Shown one piece after another: positions 35,003-45,780 of a DNA stretch of 64,000 nt (position 1 is the stretch's first letter; every line of letters starts with the position of its first letter). The notes under the pieces were generated by a model. The model was not told the DNA's origin, did no database searches, and saw nothing but the letters and a program-made list of their open reading frames with translations. Origin of the DNA: an uncultured Bacilli bacterium (GTDB taxonomy: Bacteria > Bacillota_I > Bacilli_A > RFN20 > CAG-288). Position numbers and translations under genes: made by a program. The stretch is from the NCBI GenBank assembly GCA_944372245.1, contig CALVYN010000001.1:616-64615 (forward strand). Reading direction: 5' to 3'.

Positions 35003-36382
35003 TTACGCCACCGTCTCGGTGGCGGAGATGGTCACATCGTTGGTGCTGAGAAGCTGAAGGCTGTAGCGGCCGTTGTAGCTGTCGATCACGCCGTGGAGGT
35101 TCGAGAGGGTCTTCCCCTCGAAGTAGGTCCAGGAGTGGATGAGCATGCCGTCGTCGCCTCTGAGCATGGCGCCATTGGGCATGTAGACCTGGACGTCCTC
35201 ACCCTCGGGGTTGGTGCACCACAGGGTGATGGCGTTGTTGGCGTAGTTGACGCCGGTGTCGGGATCAATCTCGTCGGTGCCACCCCAGCCGCGGGTGACG
35301 ACCAGATCGTCGCTCAGGGTAACGGTGGTATTGACGTTGAAGTCCCCCGCCAGAACCTGGGAGGAGGGGGCGACCTGGCTGGCCGAGGGGACAGGGTTGT
35401 TCTCGGAGATGAGGACGACGTCATCCTCGGTGGGGAAGTACTGGTTGTACTGCAGGTCGGTGATCTGGTAGTCGCCGTTGAACTCGGTGACGGCACCGGT
35501 GAACTCAACCATGTTGCCGACCTTGAACAGCGGCTTGGCGTTGCCCGAGTAGCCGGTGAACAGGTAGACGCCCCAGATGGAGCCGTCGTCGCTGACGGAC
35601 TCGACCCAGACGGACTGGACGCCCATGAAGGTCGAGACGATACCGGTCATGTGAACCTTCTTACCGGCGTACTTAGCGGCGTTCTTGTTGAACTCCTCGA
35701 TGCTGATCTCCGCCGCCTCGCCGACGTAGTAGTTGGGATCCACGACCGTGTCGGGGGCGAATATGTGGAGGCGGTTATCCTGGGCCTGTTTCTGAGCATC
35801 GTGGAAGATGTCATAGAAGGGGTAGTAGGACTCCATGCCGGTGATGGCGGAATAGCCCTCCTGGACGATCTCCAGGTTCAGGCAGCGGAAGTCATCGAGG
35901 GTGGGGCTCTCGACAGTCGCATACCAGATGAGGCTCAGCCAGCGCTGATTGTCGTCGTGCTCGGGTGCCTCCTCCCTCATGGTGGGGTTGGTCAGGACGA
36001 TGGTCGAGGCGCTCTCCAGCTTGTCCTGGACGAACAGGGAAGCGGACTTGCCCCACTTCTGGATGTCGGCGGTGGACTCCGGGGTGTTGATGTTGGCGTA
36101 GCGGGCGTCGACCTGACGCTTGTCCAGCTCGATGAAGTGGGTGGTATCGCCGTCGATGTACATCTGGACGGTGACCTCGCCCACGCCGACGTCGAGGAAG
36201 TTCTTTTCCTCGTACTCGAGGTTGAGCTTGGCCTGCGCGGCGTAGTCGATCAGCTCGGGCTCATCGCCACTGCCGGTGTTGGAGTTGCTGCTGTTGTTCC
36301 CGTTACCGCCGTTACAGCTGACGGGGAGGACGGCAGCCATGGTTGCCAGGGAGAGGATTCCCGCAAGACGATTGATTCTCAT
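35003..36382 (-). CDS. Thermonuclease (staphylococcal nuclease, SNase) family lipoprotein with C-terminal OB-like domains
   Basis: Lipobox LPVSC. SNase motifs YIDGDTTHF and ARYANINTPES. 459 aa. Confidence 0.8.
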   Translation of the reverse strand: MRINRLAGILSLATMAAVLPVSCNGGNGNNSSNSNTGSGDEPELIDYAAQAKLNLEYEEKNFLDVGVGEVTVQMYIDGDTTHFIELDKRQVDARYANINTPESTADIQKWGKSASLFVQDKLESASTIVLTNPTMREEAPEHDDNQRWLSLIWYATVESPTLDDFRCLNLEIVQEGYSAITGMESYYPFYDIFHDAQKQAQDNRLHIFAPDTVVDPNYYVGEAAEISIEEFNKNAAKYAGKKVHMTGIVSTFMGVQSVWVESVSDDGSIWGVYLFTGYSGNAKPLFKVGNMVEFTGAVTEFNGDYQITDLQYNQYFPTEDDVVLISENNPVPSASQVAPSSQVLAGDFNVNTTVTLSDDLVVTRGWGGTDEIDPDTGVNYANNAITLWCTNPEGEDVQVYMPNGAMLRGDDGMLIHSWTYFEGKTLSNLHGVIDSYNGRYSLQLLSTNDVTISATETVA

Positions 36383-36396
36383 TTTTTCTCTCCTCC

Positions 36397-37842
36397 CTAT
36401 TCGGTGTAGGCCATCAGAGCGTTGTTCACGGCCACGTTCATCAGGTTCATGATCTGACCGTCGATGTCGCTGCCGGTGAAGGTCAGAGTGCCAGCGATGA
36501 CGTTGCCCACGCCGGTGGTCTCGTCGCCACGGGCCTCGGCCGAGCCGAGGAAGGCGGGCGAGTAGAACAGCTGGTTGGCCTGGACGATTTTCTGGGTCTG
36601 GTAGGCGACCATGCTCTGGAGGCCCATGTTGTTGCTGTCGACGTGGAGCAGGTTGCCCTCGTTGTCGGTGGCCATGGGCTCATCGACGAAGGCGGCGTAC
36701 TGAGAGACGTAGTCCTGATACTGATCCAGCTCGTAGGAGGAGTAGCGGACGGGGTTGTAGGAGAGGGTGCTGCAGATCCGGTAGTTGGTCAGAGTGGAGG
36801 TAAGGAAGCGGTAGAAGCGCCAGCCCCACTCCAGCTCGGTCTCGGAGGAGCGGCGGAAGAAGCAGACGTCGGGACCCTGCTGGATGTAGGCGACGTTCTG
36901 GGTGTTGAAGACGGGCTCGGGGGCGATGCCCAGCTGGAAGTTGGGGGTGATGTTATAGGTCGAACCACCGGTTGAGCCGATGGCGATGATGCACTGCTCG
37001 TTGGTCAGGAACGAGGAGGAGTACTGGCCGCCCAGCGAACCCTTGGTCGCGAAGAGGTGGTCGTCGTAGTAGCCCTTCAGCTCCTTGACGAAGTTGCGAT
37101 TGCCCTCGTTGTTGAAGATGAAGGGGTTGCCGGTCTGGCTGGGGTCGGTGTAACCATAGCCCATCTGGTAGGCGTGGGTAATGAAGAGGTTGGAGTCGGA
37201 GTCCCAGATGACCGGATAGTGCTCGGGCTTATCCCAGTACTCGGGATTGCTGTCGTGGATGGTCCTGGCGACCTCGATCAGCTCATCCCAGGTGGTGGGG
37301 ATCTTCAGGTTGTGCTCGTGGAAATACGAGCGGTTGAAGTACATGACCTCGGTAGACTTGTAAAGGGGGACGGTATAGAGACCCTCCTGGCCGGAGATGT
37401 TCTTACCCTCGTCCCAGAAGGCCTTGACGAAGTCCTCGGCTCCGCCGCCCTCCTCGGCGGTGAATGTCATCTCCTCATCGTTGATAAAGGTGTTGATATC
37501 GACGAGGGCGTTGCTGGCCACGTAGGAGGCGGCGTGGTCGGGATAGGCCACGGCCATGGTGGGGGTGGTGCCGGCCGGGATGGCCTTGCTCACGGCGTCA
37601 TAGAGGCCGTTGTAGTCGCCTTGGGACAGGACCGTGATCTCGAGGTCCTCGGGCATCTCCGCGGCGTACTCCTCGCGGAACATGGGCACGAGGGTGTTGT
37701 TGATCAGATCGGTGGTCGCGTTGCCGCCGGAGACCCAGAAGACGACGTTGTGGCCGTCGTCGTCACCGATACCCTGACAGGCCGACAGGCCGGTGCTGGC
37801 AACAACCAGAAGCGCCGTTGCGATTCGCTTAGTGATTCTCAT
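36397..37842 (-). CDS. ABC transporter substrate-binding lipoprotein (family 1 / CUT1-like), paralogue 1
   Basis: Lipobox GLSAC. 481 aa. Shares IQQGPDVCFF and IAIGSTGGSTYN-type blocks with the two neighbouring genes. Confidence 0.75.
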   Translation of the reverse strand: MRITKRIATALLVVASTGLSACQGIGDDDGHNVVFWVSGGNATTDLINNTLVPMFREEYAAEMPEDLEITVLSQGDYNGLYDAVSKAIPAGTTPTMAVAYPDHAASYVASNALVDINTFINDEEMTFTAEEGGGAEDFVKAFWDEGKNISGQEGLYTVPLYKSTEVMYFNRSYFHEHNLKIPTTWDELIEVARTIHDSNPEYWDKPEHYPVIWDSDSNLFITHAYQMGYGYTDPSQTGNPFIFNNEGNRNFVKELKGYYDDHLFATKGSLGGQYSSSFLTNEQCIIAIGSTGGSTYNITPNFQLGIAPEPVFNTQNVAYIQQGPDVCFFRRSSETELEWGWRFYRFLTSTLTNYRICSTLSYNPVRYSSYELDQYQDYVSQYAAFVDEPMATDNEGNLLHVDSNNMGLQSMVAYQTQKIVQANQLFYSPAFLGSAEARGDETTGVGNVIAGTLTFTGSDIDGQIMNLMNVAVNNALMAYTE

Positions 37843-37886
37843 ATTTATCCTCGATCTTTCAGATGATGAGCACGGAGCGAAGGGCG

Positions 37887-39443
37887 CTAGGCCTGGGGCA
37901 GAGCCTGGGCGGCGTCGTTGAAGTACTGGTAGTAGAGGTCATCCAGGGCCGCGTCGGTCAGCTCGCCCTCGTGGGTGAGGGCACCGCTGAGCAGGTCGCC
38001 GACGGCCACGCGGGCCTGGGCGGAACCGACGAAGACGTCCGAGGTGAACAGGCGGTCGGTGTCGCCGTAGGTGCGGACCAGATCGTGGACGGCCGCATTG
38101 GCCTCCTTCTGGCGCTTCACCTGGTTGGTATCGGCATCGCTGACGACGGTCTTGTCCTTGAAGGCCTGCTGGTCGTAGGCGGAGGTGCGGACGGGCTCGT
38201 AGCCGGTCTCACCGGCCCAGACGGCGTTCCAGTAGCTGCCGGAGGTGTACTTGTAGAACAGCCAAGCCGCAGCCTTCTCCATGTTGGTCGCGCGGGAGAA
38301 GAAGCACATCGAGGGACCCTGGGAGATGACCGCATCGGTCTTGGCCAGGTCGGTGTTGACCTCCAAGCCCTCGACGAAGGAGCCGTCGTTCATGGTGGGC
38401 AGAGGGGCGACGCCGACCTCGAAGGGAACCTTGCCGCTGGCGTCGGCCTTAGGGACGCAGTAGTTGATACCGGCGGTGGAGGAGATGGTCATGAAGCACT
38501 GCTGGTTGGAGAAGGCCGAGGAGGTGTAGCCACCCGCGGTGTCCTGGGTCATGAAGTAGCCGGCGTCATAGTAGTTGCACAGCTGCTCCAGGAGAGCCTT
38601 GCCGCCCTGGTTCCTGGCGTTGTAGAAGCTCAGGGGGTTCTCCTGGGTACCATCGGTGTAGGGGATGCCCAGCTGCTGGCACATGGTGATGAACATGTTG
38701 TCGGAGGAGTCGTAGCCCAGAGGGGCGACCTTGCCGAACTGAGCCGCGGGGATGGTGAGCCACTTGTTGTCCATGATGGTCTTGCACAGCTCGAAGACGC
38801 CCTTCCAGGTGCTCAGCTTGCTCGCATCGAGGTTGTGGGCCTCGAAGAAGGTCTTGTTGTAGACCAGAACCTCGGAGGAGCGGGTGTAAGGCAGGGAGTA
38901 GTAGCCGTCGAGGCGCTCGTTGTGGATGATGTAGTTGTGGCCATCCTCGAGGTAGCCCTGGACGAAGTCGCTCTGCGCGGTGCCGTTGTTGTTGCCGTTA
39001 AACTGCGTGTCGCCGACGCCCAGACCGACGGTCTCATCGGTCATGTAGGGAGTCATGTCCTGGACGGCGAAGTTCGCGTTCAGGTAGGAGGCGACGTGGT
39101 CGGAGTAGCAGTAGGCCATGGTGGGGTTGGTGCCCGCGGGGATGGCGGTCTGCGCGTCCGAGAACAGGGTGTCGTAACCGCCTTTGGTGACGTGGTTGAT
39201 CTCGACGCCCTTGTACTCGCTCTCGAAGGCGTTGATCATCTGGTCGAAGATGGCCTGGTTAGTCTGGCCAATCGTGGTCCACAGGGTGACTGTGGTCTTG
39301 CCGTTCGCACCGCTCTTGAGCGCCTCCCAGTCGACACCCTCCATGGGGTTGGTGGCGTTGCCCTGACCGGAGCCAGCGCAGGAGGCGAGGGAGACGACGG
39401 AGAGCAGGCTGGCGAAGGCCAGCTTGGCGAGATTCTTCTTCAT
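37887..39443 (-). CDS. ABC transporter substrate-binding lipoprotein, paralogue 2
   Basis: Lipobox SLASC. 518 aa. Contains ISQGPSMCFF and MTISSTAGINY blocks. Confidence 0.75.
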   Translation of the reverse strand: MKKNLAKLAFASLLSVVSLASCAGSGQGNATNPMEGVDWEALKSGANGKTTVTLWTTIGQTNQAIFDQMINAFESEYKGVEINHVTKGGYDTLFSDAQTAIPAGTNPTMAYCYSDHVASYLNANFAVQDMTPYMTDETVGLGVGDTQFNGNNNGTAQSDFVQGYLEDGHNYIIHNERLDGYYSLPYTRSSEVLVYNKTFFEAHNLDASKLSTWKGVFELCKTIMDNKWLTIPAAQFGKVAPLGYDSSDNMFITMCQQLGIPYTDGTQENPLSFYNARNQGGKALLEQLCNYYDAGYFMTQDTAGGYTSSAFSNQQCFMTISSTAGINYCVPKADASGKVPFEVGVAPLPTMNDGSFVEGLEVNTDLAKTDAVISQGPSMCFFSRATNMEKAAAWLFYKYTSGSYWNAVWAGETGYEPVRTSAYDQQAFKDKTVVSDADTNQVKRQKEANAAVHDLVRTYGDTDRLFTSDVFVGSAQARVAVGDLLSGALTHEGELTDAALDDLYYQYFNDAAQALPQA

Positions 39444-39487
39444 TGCTTAGTTTCCTTTCTTTCCACTACAGTTCTGCGTCTTATCGA

Positions 39488-41050
39488 CTAGAGGGGGAGC
39501 TCCTCGATAGCGGCGTTGTAGTACTGATCGATCAGAGAGTCGATGATGGCCACATCGGTGTTGTTCTCGGAGTTGATGACACCGGGGAGCAGACCGCCGG
39601 CCGCGTTGCGCACGCCGCCGGAGCCGGGGAAGACATCGGTGGTGTAGGTCATCTCGTTCTCGTTGTAGGTCTCGATGACGTCGTACATGGCCCGCTTGGC
39701 GGGGTAGAAGACCTGGTCGTATTTGGGTTTGTTGCTCTCGGTGGGGATGGTGAACATGTTCTCGAAGGTCTCGGTCTCGTAGACGGACTGGCGCACGGGC
39801 GCATAGGTGCCGGCCGCGACCCACTGGGCGTTGAGGAAGTCCGAGGTGATGGTCTTGTAGAAGAGCCAGGTCGCCTCGTTGACGGCCTCATCGCCGGTCG
39901 AGAAGCAGACGACGCCGGGGCCCTGGGAGATGACCGCATCGGGGTTGGCATCGGCCGACAGGGCGGTGCCGTTGACCCAGTCGGTGCTGGAGGCGGGCAT
40001 GGGCAGGACGTCGATGGGGAAGTTCTCGTAGCCATCAGTGTCGTAGTTGTTCAGCCAGGAGAGACCGGCGGTGGTGGTGATGATCATCGCGCCGTCGTAG
40101 TTGGCGAAGCCGGAGGTGGCGTAGTAGTCGTCGCCCTGGCCGGCGGTCGCGCCGGTCACGAACAGGCCGGAGTTGTACTTGGTGGCCAGGTTCTGCAGCA
40201 GGGCGCGGGTCTGGGTCTTGCCCTGGCCGGCGCCGAACAGGACGGGATTCTCGGCCTCGCCGTCGACATAGGGGATGCCCAGCTGCTGGGTCAGGGTGAT
40301 GTAGAAGTTGGTGTCGTCCTCGTAGATCAGGGGCGCGCGGCCGTGGTTGGTGTCGGCGGGGGTGCCGTTCCACTTGGCGGCGTCATAGGCCTTGAGCTTC
40401 TCGCAGACCTCCCAGACACCCTCCCAGGTGGCGAGCTTCTCCTTGATGGAGTCATAGGTCACACCCAGGGAGTCAGCCAGGTCGGTGAGGATGGTGCGGT
40501 TGACGAACAGCATCTCGGTGGACTTGGACAGGGGCAGCTCGTATTGGCCCTCGACCTTCTCGCCGTCGATGGTGAAGTTGCGGCCCTCGTCGAGGTACTG
40601 GGCGATCATGTCGTCCGCATCGGTGTGGAGCTGGATCTGCTCGCCCTCGTAGGTGATGACGGGGTCGTTCTGACCGAAGCCGACCTCGGGGTCGGTCATG
40701 TACTGCGACATCTCGAGGACGCGGCCGGGCGCGGACTTGAGGTAGCCCGCGACGTAGTCGGGATAGGTGATAGCCAGGTTGGGCAGATTGCCCACGGCGA
40801 TACCCTGAGAGATCTTCTGATCGATCTCTCCGTACTCGCCAGCATCCTCCGCCTCGACGTGGATGTTGGGATAGGCGGTCTCGAAGGCCTCGATCAGGTT
40901 GGTGTAGTATTCGGCGGTACCGTTGCGAGTCCAGAAGGTGAGAGTGATGCTCTCATCGCCGGTAGAATCGCCGCCGTTGCCGTTGCAGGAGGCTAGCGTA
41001 CCAGCGCCAACGAGAGTGACGAGCGACAGAAGCAGAGCGGTTTTTTTCAT
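39488..41050 (-). CDS. ABC transporter substrate-binding lipoprotein, paralogue 3
   Basis: Lipobox TLASC. 520 aa. Contains ISQGPGVVCF and MIITTTAGLSW blocks. Confidence 0.75.
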   Translation of the reverse strand: MKKTALLLSLVTLVGAGTLASCNGNGGDSTGDESITLTFWTRNGTAEYYTNLIEAFETAYPNIHVEAEDAGEYGEIDQKISQGIAVGNLPNLAITYPDYVAGYLKSAPGRVLEMSQYMTDPEVGFGQNDPVITYEGEQIQLHTDADDMIAQYLDEGRNFTIDGEKVEGQYELPLSKSTEMLFVNRTILTDLADSLGVTYDSIKEKLATWEGVWEVCEKLKAYDAAKWNGTPADTNHGRAPLIYEDDTNFYITLTQQLGIPYVDGEAENPVLFGAGQGKTQTRALLQNLATKYNSGLFVTGATAGQGDDYYATSGFANYDGAMIITTTAGLSWLNNYDTDGYENFPIDVLPMPASSTDWVNGTALSADANPDAVISQGPGVVCFSTGDEAVNEATWLFYKTITSDFLNAQWVAAGTYAPVRQSVYETETFENMFTIPTESNKPKYDQVFYPAKRAMYDVIETYNENEMTYTTDVFPGSGGVRNAAGGLLPGVINSENNTDVAIIDSLIDQYYNAAIEELPL

Positions 41051-41177
41051 TTTGTTTGCCCCTCCATTCGGGCTGAATAACCATGCTTTACATCTCGTAT
41101 CGTCCAGGTCAGACCCCGACGGGCCTCGGTCCTGTCCCCAGTGTCAGCTCGACGAGCGTCTCGGATATGGGCGGGTA

Positions 41178-43415
41178 TCAACCCTTGATACCGGCGCGGC
41201 CCATACCCTTCATGATGTACTTTCTGAAGAAGATGAAGAGCAGGAGCAGAGGGACGGTGACATAGACGGTCGCCGCCATCTGCAGACCGTACTCGGCGAT
41301 ACCCGAGGCCGTGGTGAAGGAGTTGCGCAGACCGTTGGAGATCAGGCGGTACTCATCCTTGCCCGCGACCAGGTTGGGCCAGACGTAGGCGTTCCAGGAG
41401 CCCATCAGCTCGAGGATGCCGATCGTGATCAGCGTGGGCTGGCACAGGGGCACCATGACCTTCCAGAGGAAGCTCCAGTCGGACTTGCCGTCGACCTTGG
41501 CCGCCAGGTAGAGCTCCTCGGGAATCTGCTTGAAGTTCTGGCGCAGCAGATAGATGTAGAAGACGGAGACGCAGAAGGGCATGATCATGGACAGGTAGGC
41601 ATCCAGCCGGGTGGCCTCGGAGCCGATCCAGCCGAAGTTGGCCACGGTGATGTAGTTGGTGATGACCATCATCTCGCCGGGAATCATCATGGTCGCCAGG
41701 AACACCATGAACAGGGTGTCGCGACCCTTGAACTTGAGTCGGGCGAAGGCGAAGGCGGAGAAGATACAGGTCAGCAGGACGCCGATGGTCGAGCAGATGC
41801 CGACCACCAGGGTGTTGCTCAGATAGGTCAGGAAGTCGAACCGGTCGAAGACCTCAACGTAGTTGCTCCACATGACCGTCTCGGGCCAGAGGGTCGGGGT
41901 CACGGAGTTGACCAGCTCCTCGGTGGACTTGAGCGAGGTGTTGATCATCCAGTAGAAGGGGAAGAGGACCAGGATCGCGCAGACGCACAGGAACAGATAG
42001 ATGAAGAAGAGGTAGACGCCCTTGAGCGCGCGGTCGCGGCGCTCGACGGCCTTGACGTCGATCTGCTTGTTCTGGCCCTTGATGACCAGGCGCATGTTGG
42101 CGGTGTCGACCAGGGAGGAATCCCTGACGACATCGATGGGCTCGTAGTAGCGGGTGATATCCGCGTCGGGCGCGTGGTGGCGGGCCTGGTGGACGGAGGC
42201 GGAGATGCGATTGCGCACCCGGTCCCGCTGAGCCAGCAGGGCGTCCTGGGCCACGCCGGCCAGAGCCAGCTGGCAGTAGACGCGCTCGGACTCAGCCGCG
42301 ATGGCCGCCCGGTCGCCCCTGTGGGCCTTTATGAACTCCCTGAGGTGAGCGTTGAGGTAGGCCCGGCTCTCGCGCCGGCGCGCGGTCAGCTCGTCCAGCT
42401 TCGCGTCGAAGAGGTCGCGGCAGAGGTCGTAGGCCTCATCGGCCAGAGCGTCGCACTGGCGCCGGCCCTGGCGCTGGATCCTCTTCGCCTCGGCGGTGTC
42501 GGCCTCGAGGACGGAGATCGCCTCGTGGAAGGTCTGGTCCTCGGCCATGGCCTTGAGGCGCTTCTGGGCCACCTTCTCCGCCTTGCGGGCGTCGATCCTG
42601 TGCTGGCCCTTGATGCGGCAGGCAGAAGCCGCCCGCTGGCACTCCAGCTGGCGGATGGGGCGCTCAGCCCCGAAGGTGTAGGCCTTGTGGCACAGGGCGA
42701 CTAGGCTCTTGACGAACTCCGCGGGCTTGGTGCGGTTGAGCTTGGCGTAGGCCCTCTTGAGCTCAGCCAACTTCTTCATCTCCTGGCTGGACAGCTTGGC
42801 CTGGCCGCGGGCGGACAGGCGGGAAACCTTGGCGGCTAGGAGCGCCTCGGGGCTCCCGGGCTTGAGGGCGGCCTTGGCCAGCGCGTCGATCTGCTCGGGT
42901 TGGACATCCTTATGGTTCTGGATCTTCTCGGTCAGCTCGTCGATGCGCTCGAGCAGGTCCAGGCCCTTGATGGCCAGGGGCAGCTCGTCGGCGTAGATGC
43001 GGATGAAGGCCGGGTCGGCCGCCTTGGCCTGGGGGGCGATGGCCGCGATGAACTTGACCTCGCGGCGATACTCCTTGCGGGTCTCGGTGGTCAGGTTGGT
43101 GCGCATCTCGCGGATCTTGAAGCGGAGAGCGACAACTTTGCGCTTGGCCTCGCGGTCGCTAGCCTTGGAAGCCAGCTTGTCGGCGGTCTTCTGGCGCTTG
43201 ATGGCGAGGTTGTGATCGGCGGTCAGACGGTCGATGTTAGCCCGGTTCTCCCTGACGGCGTAGAGGCCGTGCTCCCGCAGGCCATCCAGCTGGAGCAGGC
43301 GGTCGTCGATCTGGGAAAACCGCGGGTCGGAATGCAGGTCCTCGATGACCTGCTGGGCGATACGCTCCTTCGCACTATTGAAGGACTCGCCCTCTCGCAG
43401 CATGGTCTTTTCCAT
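41178..43415 (-). CDS. Carbohydrate-type ABC permease (MalG/UgpE-like) fused to an N-terminal charged helical extension of about 450 aa
   Basis: The C-terminal ~290 aa has 6 TM helices and the EAA-loop LYLAAKVDGKSDWSFLWKVMVP. The N-terminal ~450 aa is rich in Arg/Lys/Glu/Ala, has no TM helix and no motif I recognise. Confidence 0.8.
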   Translation of the reverse strand: MEKTMLREGESFNSAKERIAQQVIEDLHSDPRFSQIDDRLLQLDGLREHGLYAVRENRANIDRLTADHNLAIKRQKTADKLASKASDREAKRKVVALRFKIREMRTNLTTETRKEYRREVKFIAAIAPQAKAADPAFIRIYADELPLAIKGLDLLERIDELTEKIQNHKDVQPEQIDALAKAALKPGSPEALLAAKVSRLSARGQAKLSSQEMKKLAELKRAYAKLNRTKPAEFVKSLVALCHKAYTFGAERPIRQLECQRAASACRIKGQHRIDARKAEKVAQKRLKAMAEDQTFHEAISVLEADTAEAKRIQRQGRRQCDALADEAYDLCRDLFDAKLDELTARRRESRAYLNAHLREFIKAHRGDRAAIAAESERVYCQLALAGVAQDALLAQRDRVRNRISASVHQARHHAPDADITRYYEPIDVVRDSSLVDTANMRLVIKGQNKQIDVKAVERRDRALKGVYLFFIYLFLCVCAILVLFPFYWMINTSLKSTEELVNSVTPTLWPETVMWSNYVEVFDRFDFLTYLSNTLVVGICSTIGVLLTCIFSAFAFARLKFKGRDTLFMVFLATMMIPGEMMVITNYITVANFGWIGSEATRLDAYLSMIMPFCVSVFYIYLLRQNFKQIPEELYLAAKVDGKSDWSFLWKVMVPLCQPTLITIGILELMGSWNAYVWPNLVAGKDEYRLISNGLRNSFTTASGIAEYGLQMAATVYVTVPLLLLFIFFRKYIMKGMGRAGIKG

Positions 43416-44377
43416 CAGTAGTGAACCCTCTTCTTGGAGACCTGCATCTCCACCACGGTGAAGACCAGGATGACGACGAACAGGAGAACGGCAGCGGCGG
43501 AACCGTAGTGGACACGGTTATCGCCGATGGTGTTGTACACGTAGTAGACGATGGTCAGCATGTTGTTCGGGCGCGAGGGGGAAGTCTGAGGTGCGGTGCC
43601 GAACAGACCGACGATGGAGTCGTATTCCTTGAAGGCGCCGATGAAGCTGGTGATGGTGATGTAGAGGACCTGGGGTGAGAGGAGAGGGATCGTGATCTTG
43701 CTGATGACCCTCATCTTGGGGGCGGAGTCCATCTTGGCGGCATCGTAGTACTGGTTGTCGATGTTCTGCAGACCGGAGAGGAAGATCAGGACCTTGTAGG
43801 GAAGAGACTTCCAGATGATGTAGAAGCAGAGGGCGAACATGCCGTGGCCCCAGTCGGCCGAGACGTTGATCCAGTAGTTGGGTTCGGGGATGCCGAAGAT
43901 GGCGTTGAAGATACCGGAGTTGCCTGCGAAGATGACCGAGAAGACCATACCGACCGCGATTCCGTTGGTGACATAGGGCAGGAAGAAGATCGTCTGGAAC
44001 ACCTTCCTGAGCGAGGTGATGGAGTTGAGGCAGATAGCCATCGCCAGAGCGATCAGGATCGAGATAGGCACGGTGACGAAGGTGATGATTGCGGTATTGG
44101 GGATGGCGAACTTGACGACGTCGGTGATGTACATGGGCGTCTGGACGAGCTCGCCTGTCACCTCGTCGGGGATGGGCATATAGCGATAGGGCTGAAGGCC
44201 CAGGACGATCGCGTAGTTCTCGAAGGTGAAGCCGTCCGAGGTCTGGGTCATGTAATCGTAGTTCTTGAGGAAGGAGATGCCGATCGTGTTGATTAGGGGG
44301 TAGAAGGTGAAGACGCTCAGCAGGATCAGAACGGGGGCAAGATACAGCCAGGCCTTCCAATTATTCTTGCTCTGCAT
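43415..44377 (-). CDS. Carbohydrate-type ABC permease (MalF/UgpA-like)
   Basis: 6 TM helices and the EAA-loop YYDAAKMDSAPKMRVISKITIP. Its stop overlaps the downstream start. Confidence 0.85.
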   Translation of the reverse strand: MQSKNNWKAWLYLAPVLILLSVFTFYPLINTIGISFLKNYDYMTQTSDGFTFENYAIVLGLQPYRYMPIPDEVTGELVQTPMYITDVVKFAIPNTAIITFVTVPISILIALAMAICLNSITSLRKVFQTIFFLPYVTNGIAVGMVFSVIFAGNSGIFNAIFGIPEPNYWINVSADWGHGMFALCFYIIWKSLPYKVLIFLSGLQNIDNQYYDAAKMDSAPKMRVISKITIPLLSPQVLYITITSFIGAFKEYDSIVGLFGTAPQTSPSRPNNMLTIVYYVYNTIGDNRVHYGSAAAVLLFVVILVFTVVEMQVSKKRVHY

Positions 44378-44385
44378 GCCGGCTT

Positions 44386-45546
<1,161 letters not shown>

Positions 45547-45780
45547 TTTTTAGCCCTTTCAACTTAATGGTCTCTGATTTTTGGGGGTCGCAAGAAAAAC
45601 GGCATGGAAGGTGTTTACAGCCGGCATTATACAGGGTCTCGCCCCCGGTAAAAATCCTCGCCAATTATGTATATAGTGATTTTTGAGAAAAAAGTTTTTT
45701 CATTTACGGCGTGAGGCTTTTCACGGCGATTCGGCATTTTTGCCCGTTTTCGTATAATTTCCGCCAGAAAGGCGGCGAAA

